A DNA stretch of 64,000 bases from Candidatus Marinacidobacterium sp. GTDB lineage: Bacteria > Acidobacteriota > Vicinamibacteria > Marinacidobacterales > Marinacidobacteraceae. The position numbers and the translations under genes were made by a program. The stretch lies in contig OZ244852.1 in the NCBI GenBank assembly GCA_965220965.1, forward strand, positions 256,001 to 320,000. The letters run 5' to 3'. The notes under the pieces are model-generated. The model made no database searches. It saw only the letters and a list, made by a program, of their open reading frames with translations, and was not told where the DNA came from. This document shows, piece by piece, positions 39,497 to 49,296 of the stretch. Each line of letters begins with the position of its first letter. Within the stretch, counting starts at the first letter, position 1.

Positions 39497-40415
39497 CCGG
39501 GATCCGGCAGGTCCGCGGATCCTTCTCCACGAATCCGACGAAGACCGGGTGGCGCAGATGCCCCGCCGGGGTCAGCTCGAGATACTCGACTTCGACGACC
39601 AGCAGCGGCCGCACGAAGCGGATCACGCCGTCACCGGAGGCGTCGAATCCTTCCGGCTGCGGCGCCTCGAGGCCCCGGAGCGCGTCGCCAAGCTGCTTTC
39701 GGGTCGGTTCATCGAGTCCGCTCCCCACGTTCCCGAGCCACACCGGTCCGCCCGGTCCGTAGGCCCCGACGACGAGGGACCGCACCGGGGCGTCCCCGGT
39801 CCGGTGCAGGGTCCCGAAGACGACGCACGAAGCCGTCGGCCGCAGCTTGATCTTGAGCCAGTCGTCGCTTCGTTCGCCGATCCGGTAGGGGCTGTCGAGC
39901 CGCTTGGCGACCATGCCCTCGAGCTGTCGGTTGCGCATCTCCTCGAAGAACCGCAGTCCGGCGCCGACGACGAGCGAATTGGGAAAGACGAGGCCCTCGC
40001 GGTCGGGGAGCAACCGGTCGAGGGCCGCCCGGCGCGTCGCGAGCGGTTGGTTCACGAGGCTCTCGCCGTCCCGACAGAGAACGTCGAAGGCGACGAACCA
40101 TGCGGGCGTCCGGGCGCGCGCCCGGCGAATGGCGCCCGGATCCCGGAGCCGGTTCCGCTCCATGACGAGAGGAAAACTGGCGCGCTCCCCGTCGAGCACC
40201 ACGATCTCGCCGTCCACCACGCCGGAACCGGGCAGCGCCCGGAACGCTTTGACGAGCTCGGGGAATTGAGGCGTCTGATCGCGGAGACTCCGCGCCTGGA
40301 GTCGCACGGTCGGACCGAAGTACGCGAGGGAGCGAAGCCCGTCCCACTTCGCGTCAAAGAGGTGGTCCGTCGAGTCGAACGGGGAAGCGCAGGTTCCGGC
40401 GAGCATCGGGCGCAC
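39465..40415 (-). CDS. ATP-dependent DNA ligase (LigD/LigC ligase domain only)
   Basis: KWDGLR, VDGEIV, FDVL, EGMVAK..SPY..G.RSDDWLKIK, GNVGSG, LRHPVF. Confidence 0.92.
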   Translation of the reverse strand: MRPMLAGTCASPFDSTDHLFDAKWDGLRSLAYFGPTVRLQARSLRDQTPQFPELVKAFRALPGSGVVDGEIVVLDGERASFPLVMERNRLRDPGAIRRARARTPAWFVAFDVLCRDGESLVNQPLATRRAALDRLLPDREGLVFPNSLVVGAGLRFFEEMRNRQLEGMVAKRLDSPYRIGERSDDWLKIKLRPTASCVVFGTLHRTGDAPVRSLVVGAYGPGGPVWLGNVGSGLDEPTRKQLGDALRGLEAPQPEGFDASGDGVIRFVRPLLVVEVEYLELTPAGHLRHPVFVGFVEKDPRTCRIPVSGPRPADPG

Positions 40416-40495
40416 GCCGCGCTCGATCCAGCCCGCGGGAAAGGCTGCGGCCGGTCGGTTGGGGGGCCCGCCGGTCGCGCCGCCCTGCAGGTCGC

Positions 40496-41317
40496 TCAGT
40501 TCGGTCGCGCGTCTTCCTGGGCGGCGCCGAGGCCGCCGAGCCCCTCGCCCTCGATCCGGGCGAGACTCGACTTGAGCGCATCCATCAGGTTGACGACGCG
40601 GCGCGGCTCCACCGCCGGCGCGGTCACCAGCTCCTCGCCCTTGCTCTTCGCCTCCACGATTTCGAGGAAGCGCTTGCGGTAGCCGTCCTCGAAGGCGGAG
40701 AGGTCGAGCGGCTTCGCATACGCGTCGAGGAGCTGACGGGCCATCGCCGCCTCCGCCGCCCCCGGTTCCTTCGCGGCCGGCAGGTCGTCGATGTCCGCGA
40801 TTTCGCGCACTTCGTCCCGGTAGTGCAGGTACGACATGAGGAACACGGCTTCACCGGGCCGGATCGCGACGATCCTCTCCTTGCCGCCGAGAACGACCTG
40901 CGCGATCGCCACCCGGTTCGCCGCCTTCATCGCGGCGAGCAGCGTGTGGAAGGGACCCGACGCGACTTCGCCGCCGGGAGCCAGGTAGAAGGAGCCGTGG
41001 TAGTAGAGGGGGTCGATCTCGGACTCCTCGACGAACTGCACGATGTCCAGAGTGCGGAGCGAGGGAAGCTGCAACCGGCTCAGGTCGTCGTCCCGGATCA
41101 GTACGTACTGATCCTTGCCATACTCGTAGCCCTTCACGATCTCTCCGCGCTGCACCTCGCGGTCGCAGGTCGGACAGCGTCGTTGCTGGCGGATGCGCGA
41201 CCCGCACTCCTCGTGCAACTGGTTCATGGAGACGGCCTTCACGCGCGCCGCCGGGTAGGCGCGGACCGGGACGAGGACGAGGGCGAGCTTCAGGTTGCCC
41301 TGCCAGGTGGGTCGCAT
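40496..41317 (-). CDS. ku: Non-homologous end joining protein Ku
   Basis: MRPTWQG.L...LV.VPV..YPA, IVKGYEY.K..YV, FVEESEIDPLYY, VVNLMDALKSSL. Confidence 0.95.
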   Translation of the reverse strand: MRPTWQGNLKLALVLVPVRAYPAARVKAVSMNQLHEECGSRIRQQRRCPTCDREVQRGEIVKGYEYGKDQYVLIRDDDLSRLQLPSLRTLDIVQFVEESEIDPLYYHGSFYLAPGGEVASGPFHTLLAAMKAANRVAIAQVVLGGKERIVAIRPGEAVFLMSYLHYRDEVREIADIDDLPAAKEPGAAEAAMARQLLDAYAKPLDLSAFEDGYRKRFLEIVEAKSKGEELVTAPAVEPRRVVNLMDALKSSLARIEGEGLGGLGAAQEDARPN

Positions 41318-41696
41318 GCGGCCGCTCCCGAACCGGGACGGCGCCCGGCGGCGGTCTCCCGCCAGAGAGGTGAGGGAGGTTAGCAGCCGATGCGCCGCGT
41401 CCACGAGAGCGCTCCGGGAGCTGTCCCGTCCGCCTGCGTCGCGCCCGCCACGATGGGATAGACTTTTCGTCGTTCGTTCATCGTCGGCGATCCAACGGGT
41501 GGCGGCCTTCGCGTCCCCGTTCCGGATCCCGGTCGACCAGTTTCCGAACCGGCGTCGCGCCAGGGTTCTTCATCCCGCGGACGTCTTCGTTCCATTCCGG
41601 AGGAGCCTGGCCGGAAACCGTCCGGCTCCAACGTTTTCGAACCGGCGTCGACGCACGGAGCGTCGCGGGCGGGCGGTACCTTCCCCCTACTGACCG

Positions 41697-43562
41697 ATGT
41701 CCAACAGTTCGGCGCTCGCCGAGGCGGCAAGCGCCTCCGCAGGCCCTGAGACCGGCCGGATCGTCAACGATCTGACGATCCAGGTAGCCACGATCAACGG
41801 CTCCGGAAGCCAGTCCTCCAACCTCGTCCTCCTCCGGTCGCTGTTCCGGATGGGTATCCCGGTGGGGGGGAAGAACCTCTTCCCTTCGAACATCGCCGGG
41901 TTGCCCACCTGGTTCACGATCCGCGCGAACCACTCCGGGTGGGTGGCCCGCAAGCGGCGCGTCGACTTCCTCGTGGCGCTGAACCCGCAGACCGCCGCGC
42001 GCGATGTCCGGGCGCTCGAGCCCGGGAGCGCAGTGGTCTACGAGGAGTCAATGCGGCTCGAGCGCCAGCGCGACGATCTCGTCTTCTATCCGGTTCCGTT
42101 CCAGACGCTGGCCGGCGAGGTGACCCGGGAAACGCGGCTGCGGAAGCTGCTCGCCAACATGATCTATGTGGGCGTGCTCGGCGAGCTCCTCTCGATCCGC
42201 CAGGAGTCCATCGACGCCGCCATCGACGCCCAGTTCCGGCGCAAGAAAGCGGCCGTCGAGCTGAACCGCCGCGCGGTGCGGATCGGCGCCCGCTACGCGC
42301 GGGACACGCTGGAGAAACGCGATCCCTACGCGGTCGCCCCGATGAACGAGAACGAGGGCAAGATCCTGATCGACGGGAACGCAGCCGCGGCGCTCGGGGC
42401 GATGTTCGGGGGCGCCAGCGTCGCCACCTGGTACCCGATCACGCCTTCGTCCAGCCTGGTGGAGCAACTCGAGAAGTTCCTCCGCCAGCACCGGAAGGAC
42501 GCTGACGGCAAGGCGACCTACGCGGTGGTCCAGGCGGAGGACGAACTGGCTGCGGTGGGCATGGCGCTGGCGGCCGGCTGGGCCGGCGCCAGGGCGATGA
42601 CCGCCACCTCGGGCCCGGGAATCTCCCTCATGTCCGAGTTCGTCGGGCTCGGCTACTACGCGGAGATTCCGGCGGTCATCTGGAACATCCAGCGGGTGGG
42701 ACCCTCGACCGGGCTCCCCACGCGGACCGCCCAGGGCGACCTGATCTCGACCTACACGCTGTCCCACGGGGACACGAAGCACGTCTGCCTGCTTCCCGCT
42801 TCGACGGCGGAGTGCTTCGAGTTCGGCTGGAAGGCGTTCGACTTCGCCGAACGGCTCCAGACGCCGGTGTTCGTTCTCTCCGATCTGGACCTCGGCATGA
42901 ACATCTGGGCCACGGATCCCTTCGAGTATCCCGAGGGTCCGATGGATCGGGGCAAGGTCCTGACGAAAGAGGACCTGGAGCGGCTCGGATCCTTCCAGCG
43001 CTACGCCGACGTGGACGGGGACGGAATCCCCTGGCGGACGCTGCCCGGCGTCGAGCACCCGGCGGCGGCCTATTTCACCCGGGGCAGCGGCCACGACGAG
43101 AGCGCGGAATACACCGAGAGCGAGGAGGCCTATGTCCGGGTCATGGCCCGCCTCGACCGCAAGTTCGAAACGGCCCGGACGCTCGTGCCGCCTCCGGTGA
43201 TCCAGGCCACCGAGCCGCCGAGCGCCATCGGCATCATCGGCTTCGGGAGTTCCGATCCGCCGATCGAAGAGGCCCGGGTGATCCTGCGCGAGGAGGCGGG
43301 GATCGAGGTGGACTACCTCCGGCTGCGCGCGCTGCCGCTGTCTCCCGATGTGCTCGACTTCATCACCTCCCGGCGCCTGGTCGTTGTGCTCGACCAGAAC
43401 CGGGACGGCCAGCTCCTCCAGTTGCTGCGCGCCGAATTCGGGGATCGCGTTCCGTCGGGCGTCTTGCGGAGTCTCCGCCACTTCAACGGGCTTCCGGTGG
43501 ACGCCCGGACGATCGTCGACGCCATCGCCGCGATGGAGATGGGCGCCGCGCCGCTTTCCTGA
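41697..43562 (+). CDS. 2-oxoacid:ferredoxin oxidoreductase, alpha subunit (with fused gamma domain)
   Basis: NGSGSQS, FPSNIAGLPTW, WYPITPSS, QAEDELAA, TATSGPG, QRVGPSTGLPTRT. Confidence 0.95.
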   Translation: MSNSSALAEAASASAGPETGRIVNDLTIQVATINGSGSQSSNLVLLRSLFRMGIPVGGKNLFPSNIAGLPTWFTIRANHSGWVARKRRVDFLVALNPQTAARDVRALEPGSAVVYEESMRLERQRDDLVFYPVPFQTLAGEVTRETRLRKLLANMIYVGVLGELLSIRQESIDAAIDAQFRRKKAAVELNRRAVRIGARYARDTLEKRDPYAVAPMNENEGKILIDGNAAAALGAMFGGASVATWYPITPSSSLVEQLEKFLRQHRKDADGKATYAVVQAEDELAAVGMALAAGWAGARAMTATSGPGISLMSEFVGLGYYAEIPAVIWNIQRVGPSTGLPTRTAQGDLISTYTLSHGDTKHVCLLPASTAECFEFGWKAFDFAERLQTPVFVLSDLDLGMNIWATDPFEYPEGPMDRGKVLTKEDLERLGSFQRYADVDGDGIPWRTLPGVEHPAAAYFTRGSGHDESAEYTESEEAYVRVMARLDRKFETARTLVPPPVIQATEPPSAIGIIGFGSSDPPIEEARVILREEAGIEVDYLRLRALPLSPDVLDFITSRRLVVVLDQNRDGQLLQLLRAEFGDRVPSGVLRSLRHFNGLPVDARTIVDAIAAMEMGAAPLS

Positions 43563-43611
43563 CAGGATCCTCCTTCCGGGAACGACCCCGCACGACCCGC
43601 CCGACCACGAC

Positions 43612-44658
43612 ATGCCCGACCCTGCACCGACCGCCAGAAAACCCCGCGAGAACCGCCTTGGCCTGCGCGCCGGGGACTACCGGGGGAAGCCTTCGACGCT
43701 GTGCAAGGGGTGTGGCCACGACGCCATCTCGAGCCAGTTGATCCGGGCCTTCTACGAGTCCGACATCGAGCCGCACCGGGTCGCCAAGCTGTCCGGGATC
43801 GGGTGCTCCTCGAAGACGCCCGCCTACTTCCTCGGGCGAAGCCACGGTTTCAACTCGGTCCACGGGCGCATGCCCTCGGTGGCCACCGGGACGATGCTCG
43901 CGAACCGCGAGCTCATCGCGGTGGGCGTCTCCGGGGACGGGGACACCGCCTCCATCGGGATCGGCCAGTTCGTCCACCTGGTGCGCCGCAATCTGCCCCT
44001 CATCTACATCGTCGAGAACAACGGGGTCTACGGACTGACCAAGGGACAGTTCTCCGCGACCGCCGACGAGAACGCGAAGCTGCGCTCGGGCGAAGTGAAC
44101 CGCCTCCCGAACATCGACCTCTGCTCCATGGCGGTCGAACTGGGGGCGACCTACGTGGCGCGCTCCTTCGCCGGCGACCCGAAACAGCTCGTCGCGCTCC
44201 TGCGAGGCGCGCTCGCTCACAATGGCATCGCCTTCCTGGACATCCTCAGCCCCTGCGTGACCTTCAACAACCACACCGGGTCGACCAAGAGCTACACCTG
44301 GGGGAAGGACAACGAGGAGCCGATCCACCTCGTCGACTTCATTCCCGAGTACGCGCAGATCGAGGTGGACTACGAGGAGGGCGCCACCCAGGACGTGCAG
44401 CTCCACGACGGCTCCTGGATCCGCCTGAACAAGCTGGACGCCGACTATGACCCGACGAATCGTCGGGCGGCCCGCGAGTTGCTCCTCGACGCCCAGGAGA
44501 ACAACCGGTTCGTGACCGGCCTGCTCTACCTGGATCCCGAGAAGCCGACCTTCCTCGACACGCTCGAAATGACGGATACGCCGCTGGCGATGCTCGACGA
44601 GGCCAGCCTGCGCCCGCCGCGCGAAGCGCTCGACGAGGCCATCGCCGCCTACCGCTGA
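43612..44658 (+). CDS. 2-oxoacid:ferredoxin oxidoreductase, beta subunit
   Basis: CKGCGH, SGIGCSS, VHGR, TPP motif GDGD...NNGVYGLTKGQ, SPCVTFN. Confidence 0.95.
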   Translation: MPDPAPTARKPRENRLGLRAGDYRGKPSTLCKGCGHDAISSQLIRAFYESDIEPHRVAKLSGIGCSSKTPAYFLGRSHGFNSVHGRMPSVATGTMLANRELIAVGVSGDGDTASIGIGQFVHLVRRNLPLIYIVENNGVYGLTKGQFSATADENAKLRSGEVNRLPNIDLCSMAVELGATYVARSFAGDPKQLVALLRGALAHNGIAFLDILSPCVTFNNHTGSTKSYTWGKDNEEPIHLVDFIPEYAQIEVDYEEGATQDVQLHDGSWIRLNKLDADYDPTNRRAARELLLDAQENNRFVTGLLYLDPEKPTFLDTLEMTDTPLAMLDEASLRPPREALDEAIAAYR

Positions 44659-44736
44659 CCGGGGGGCCGCGCCCCGCGGCGCGCGGCCGCGGCGAAGCGG
44701 TATCTTCTGTCCTCACGCGCTTCCGGGAGGACTGCG

Positions 44737-46779
44737 ATGACCCATCCTGTGTTCTTCGGCTCGTCGGGATCCTTCCGGCGGTTCGCCGCCTTCGCGGCTC
44801 TCGCCGCCCTGACGGCTCTTCCGGCGGCTGGCCAGTCCCGGAACTTCACGATCGCCGACGCGCTGGGGGTGGCCTCGGTGTCGGATCCGCAGCTCTCGCC
44901 CGATGCGGAGCAGGTCGCCTACGTGGTCTCCCGGATCGACCTCGAGGAGAACGCGTCCTCCAGCCGCATTCATGTGGTTCCCTTTGCCGGCGGCGCCTCG
45001 CGACCGCTGACCCGCCCCGGGCGCTCCGCTTCCCATCCGCGGTACTCGCCCGACGGGACCCGGCTCGCCTTTCTGGCCGCCGGCGAGGGAGATCGCACCC
45101 GGATCTGGATCCTGCCGCTCGCGGGCGGCGAGGCCCGGGAGCTGAGTTCGCTCCCCGGAGGCGCGTCATCGTTCGTGTGGGCCCCGGATGGGAGTTCGCT
45201 CGCCGTCGTGTCGATGGAGCCGGATCCGGATGCCGGAAAGGACGACGCCCAGCCAAGGCCGCTGGTGATCGATCGGCTTCAGTTCAAGCGCGACGGGCGC
45301 GGCTACCTCGACGACCGGCGGCAGCGGATCTGGCTGGTGGACGCCGGGACCGGCGCCCATCGGCAGCTCACCCACGGACCCTGGGACGCCCGATCGCCGG
45401 CGTTTTCCCCGGACTCCTCCGAGGTCGCCTTCGTGAGCGTGCGGCCGGAAGGAGGCGGCGATCCGGACGCCACCGACAACTCGGACATCTTCGTGGTCCC
45501 CGTCGAGGCCGACGCCGAAACGGAACCCGTCCGGCTGACGTCGAACCCCGGTCCGGACCGGTCCCCGGTCTTCAGCCCGGATGGGAACTGGTTGCTCCAC
45601 ACCGGCAACCGGAAGCCCGAACTCATCTGGTACGCCGGGGAACGGCTGTTCGCCATGGACCGGAACACCGACGAGATCACCGTGGTGGCGGCGGAGCTCG
45701 ACCGGAACCTGGGGTCACCCCGGTTCGGGGGCGACTCCGACCGGGTCTTCGCCCTCCTCGAGGACGAGGGGAACCGGCACCTCGCGACATTCGACATCGC
45801 GGAGGACGCGGCGCCGAACCGGATCGTTGCGGGCGAGCGGACGCTGCGCCAGTTCTCGGTCCGCGGGGCGCGGGCCGCGTTCACCGCGGCGACGCCGGAC
45901 CGGCCCGCCGAACTGTTCGCGTGGGACGGGACCGGAGAGCCCCGCCGGCTGACCGGGCACAACGACGGCCTTCTCGCCGAGGTCCGACTCGGCGAGGTCG
46001 AACGGATCACCTTCCCGAGCTCGGACGGAACATCGATCCAGGGCTTCGTCACGAAGCCGCCCGACTTCCAGCCAGGCAGGCGCTACCCGACGATCCTGTG
46101 GATCCACGGCGGCCCCGTCTCCCAGTTCTCCACCGCGTTCCAGAGCACCTGGCAGGTCTTCGCGGCGAACGGCTACGTCGTGGTCGCCGCGAACCCGCGC
46201 GGCTCCTCGGGGCGGGGAGAGGACTTCTCCGCCGCCATCTGGGCGGACTGGGGAAACCTGGACTACGAGGATGTGAACGCCGCGGTGGACCACGTGATCG
46301 ATCTCGGCTACGCCGATCCCGATCGTCTGGGCGTGGGCGGCTGGAGTTACGGCGGCATCCTGACGAACTACGTCATCACGAAGACGACCCGGTTCCACGC
46401 CGCGGTGAGCGGCTCCAGCGAGACGGACTACCGGGCGGCCTACGGGAACGACCACTACCAGCTCGAATGGGAACTCGAGCTGGGCCTCCCGTGGGAGAAC
46501 CCGGACCTCTACGAACGCCTGTCGCCGATCGCCCGGGTCCACCACGTGACCACGCCGACGCTCGTCCTCTGCGGCGAAAAGGACTGGAACGTCCCGCTGA
46601 GCCAGTCGGAGAACCTCTACCAGAGCCTCCGGCGGCTGGGAGTTCCGACGCAGCTCATCATCTATCCGGGGCAGAGCCACGGCATCCGGTTGCCCAGCTT
46701 CCAGAAGGACCGATACGAGCGGTACGTCGCCTGGTTCGACCGCTTCCTCAAGGCCTCGCCGGAGACCGACGACCGGTAG
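44737..46779 (+). CDS. S9 family peptidase, secreted
   Basis: Signal peptide, SPDG propeller repeats, IHGGP, GWSYGG, EKDWNVP, QSHG. Confidence 0.93.
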   Translation: MTHPVFFGSSGSFRRFAAFAALAALTALPAAGQSRNFTIADALGVASVSDPQLSPDAEQVAYVVSRIDLEENASSSRIHVVPFAGGASRPLTRPGRSASHPRYSPDGTRLAFLAAGEGDRTRIWILPLAGGEARELSSLPGGASSFVWAPDGSSLAVVSMEPDPDAGKDDAQPRPLVIDRLQFKRDGRGYLDDRRQRIWLVDAGTGAHRQLTHGPWDARSPAFSPDSSEVAFVSVRPEGGGDPDATDNSDIFVVPVEADAETEPVRLTSNPGPDRSPVFSPDGNWLLHTGNRKPELIWYAGERLFAMDRNTDEITVVAAELDRNLGSPRFGGDSDRVFALLEDEGNRHLATFDIAEDAAPNRIVAGERTLRQFSVRGARAAFTAATPDRPAELFAWDGTGEPRRLTGHNDGLLAEVRLGEVERITFPSSDGTSIQGFVTKPPDFQPGRRYPTILWIHGGPVSQFSTAFQSTWQVFAANGYVVVAANPRGSSGRGEDFSAAIWADWGNLDYEDVNAAVDHVIDLGYADPDRLGVGGWSYGGILTNYVITKTTRFHAAVSGSSETDYRAAYGNDHYQLEWELELGLPWENPDLYERLSPIARVHHVTTPTLVLCGEKDWNVPLSQSENLYQSLRRLGVPTQLIIYPGQSHGIRLPSFQKDRYERYVAWFDRFLKASPETDDR

Positions 46780-46810
46780 GACAACAGCGGCCGTTCGTGG
46801 TTGCGGCCTC

Positions 46811-46837
46811 GCCGCCCCGCTCGCGAAGCGGGGCGGC
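46811..46837. terminator. GC-rich hairpin between convergent genes (terminator or REP-like)
   Basis: GCCGCCCCGCT-cgcga-AGCGGGGCGGC; no U-tract. Confidence 0.45.
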
Positions 46838-46864
46838 TCCGTGGGCGCCTCGCCGCCCCGCGGG

Positions 46865-49183
46865 TCAGAACCGGTAGCGGATCTGGCCGATGACCTGGCG
46901 CTTCAGGATATCTCCGAAGATGTGCTGCTGGATCTCCTGGTTCAGGAGGTTGACCACCCGCAGCGATGGCCGGATCCGGCCCTCCATCAGGTTCAGCGTC
47001 ATCGACGCGTTGACCATCGTGTAGGGCTCGGTCCAGCCGATGAACCAGAGCACATCGGTGAACAGCGCCCGGTCCGAGTAGTTCACCGAAGCGCCGATCT
47101 CGACGGGGTCGAAGTTGGCGTCGATTCCGGCGTTCACCCGGTGCGCCGCCGGGATGGCGATCTCCTCGATGTCATCCGCGCTGTACCCCTCGGTCACCGG
47201 CTCGGCCTGCCAGGAGTAGTTGAGATAGCCGCGGTACCGGCCCCGGCGCGCGTTCAGGCCCAGTTCCACGCCGGTGTTGCGGATGAGCTCCCGGTTCACG
47301 TAGGTCAGCGTGCGGGGCAGTTGCACATCGGCCAGCGCGGCCAGCAGCTCGATCAGCGCTCCCGGGCTCCGGCCAACCGCCTCGACGGCGGGAGGCAGGG
47401 TTCCGGGGGGCAGCGCCGCGCCCACTTCGGCGATGAACTGCGAGCTCTCGGTCGCCGCTTCGATCCAGCCAGCCGGCGGATCGGCGCCGGACCAGAACGT
47501 CTCATCGGTGAAGTCGATGCTGCCCCGGGTGTCATTGCGGTACCAGGCGGCGGTGGCCCCGAGCCAGTCGGTAAGCGCTCCCGACCATCCCACCTCGTAC
47601 GCCGTCAGGCGTTCGGGCGCCAGCACATCGCTGCCCTGCGCGGTGAAGGGGAGGCGGTACTGGATCGGCGCCGGAAGGGCGGAATCGGGTAGCCGGAGCG
47701 TGGGGAAGAAGCTGCGGAAAGCCGGCCGGAGATCGATCTCGATCTCGGTGGAGACCGGGACGCTCAGGAAGGTGTTCGACAGCGACGGCGCCCGGAACGC
47801 CCGGTTGTAGCTGACCCGGAACGACTGCCTGGGCGTCGGCTTGAAGATGACCGTCGTTCGCGGCGAGAACTCGAACTCGTCCAGCGTGCTGATCCGGTCG
47901 GCGCGGGCGCCCACGATCCAGCGCAGCCGGTCGCTCAGGAAGATCTCGTCGTGGACGAAGAACCCCTGCTCGTTCCGGCCGTCCCCAAGCGGGGCCAGCC
48001 CGAAGTCCAGGCGGACGAGCCGGATGTTGCCGCCGTAGCTCAGAACGTTGCGGGTCCCGAGGAAGCGGGTGTCCTTCAGGCTGATGTCGAAGGTCTCGGT
48101 GTTCAGGTGCGAGTTGATGACCTCGCCGGCGGGGTCCTGGGTCAGCATGGCGTCGAACGTGGCGCGCGTGCTGTTCACGAAAGCGCCGATCTCCATGTTC
48201 CCGCGCAGGTACTGGGCCCTTCCGTAGGACATGGCGGTCCCGGGCTGGATCTCGAAGGGGCCGAGCCCGCTGTGGAGCATTCCCGAGCTTCCGGCGTAAC
48301 CGCCGGTGAGGCGGAAGGCGCTGGTCCGGTCCGGCGCATCCCAGTCGAGGCGGAAGTCCACCTTCGGGTTCCGCGCATCGAGGGGTTCGACCCCCGGGTA
48401 GACGACGCCGTCCGAGTTGGGGATCTCACCCACCGGACGGGCGAGCGGATCGTAGGCGGCGTAGCCGACCCTCAGCCGGAACGCCAGCGTGTCGCTCAGC
48501 ACCTGGGAGTGGGTGAGGCTCGTGGTGAGGTTCGTGCCCGGATCCAGCGACTGCCCGGTCACGTTGCGGTCGAACGTCCCGAACCGGAAATCGAGCGTCG
48601 TGCCGGGGTTGTCGCGGGGGGAGCGGGTGATCAGGTTGACGACGCCGCTCATGGCGTTCGCTCCCCACACCGCGGACGCCGGTCCGTTGACCACTTCCAC
48701 CCGCTCGAGGTCGTCCATGCCCACCGAGATCAGGTCCCAGGCCACGAACCCGAAGAAGTCCTGATAGACCGAACGGCCGTCCACCAGCACGAGCTGCGAG
48801 GTGGCGAGCGTTCCGGAGGATCCCCGACTCGTGACGCTCAGGTCCCGGTTGGACATCTGCGTCACGTTCACCCCGGGCGCCTGCCGGATCAGATCGCCGA
48901 TGGAGTCGGAGGCCTGGCTCTGGATCAGGTCGGCGTCGATGACGGCCACCGCCGCCGGAGCGTTCACGATTTCCTGCTCGAGGCGCGAGGCGGAGACCAC
49001 GACGGTCTCGGCGAACCGGAGGTCCTCCAGTTCGGAGGCCTCCTCCGTCTCCTGGGAGGCCTCCGACTCCTCGCTTTCCTGGGGAGGGTCCTCGGCCGCC
49101 TGTTCCTGGGACATGGCCGCGGGAGCCCCGAGGAGGAGCGTCATGGCGAGCGCGGCCGCCGGAAGATGCTTGGTGTCCTTCAT
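46865..49183 (-). CDS. TonB-dependent receptor
   Basis: Signal peptide, TonB box ETVVVSA, plug LVLVDGR...ERVEVVNGPASAVWG..AMSGVVNLIT, C-terminal YRF. Confidence 0.95.
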   Translation of the reverse strand: MKDTKHLPAAALAMTLLLGAPAAMSQEQAAEDPPQESEESEASQETEEASELEDLRFAETVVVSASRLEQEIVNAPAAVAVIDADLIQSQASDSIGDLIRQAPGVNVTQMSNRDLSVTSRGSSGTLATSQLVLVDGRSVYQDFFGFVAWDLISVGMDDLERVEVVNGPASAVWGANAMSGVVNLITRSPRDNPGTTLDFRFGTFDRNVTGQSLDPGTNLTTSLTHSQVLSDTLAFRLRVGYAAYDPLARPVGEIPNSDGVVYPGVEPLDARNPKVDFRLDWDAPDRTSAFRLTGGYAGSSGMLHSGLGPFEIQPGTAMSYGRAQYLRGNMEIGAFVNSTRATFDAMLTQDPAGEVINSHLNTETFDISLKDTRFLGTRNVLSYGGNIRLVRLDFGLAPLGDGRNEQGFFVHDEIFLSDRLRWIVGARADRISTLDEFEFSPRTTVIFKPTPRQSFRVSYNRAFRAPSLSNTFLSVPVSTEIEIDLRPAFRSFFPTLRLPDSALPAPIQYRLPFTAQGSDVLAPERLTAYEVGWSGALTDWLGATAAWYRNDTRGSIDFTDETFWSGADPPAGWIEAATESSQFIAEVGAALPPGTLPPAVEAVGRSPGALIELLAALADVQLPRTLTYVNRELIRNTGVELGLNARRGRYRGYLNYSWQAEPVTEGYSADDIEEIAIPAAHRVNAGIDANFDPVEIGASVNYSDRALFTDVLWFIGWTEPYTMVNASMTLNLMEGRIRPSLRVVNLLNQEIQQHIFGDILKRQVIGQIRYRF

Positions 49184-49296
49184 GAGTCCTCTCCCCCGGG
49201 GGGGACATTTCGGCGGCTATCCTACCCGGGCGCTCCGGGAGGGGTGAGACCGGGCGCGCGCAGCCCGTTCGCATCCCGTCCCGGCTGGTTCCCGGC

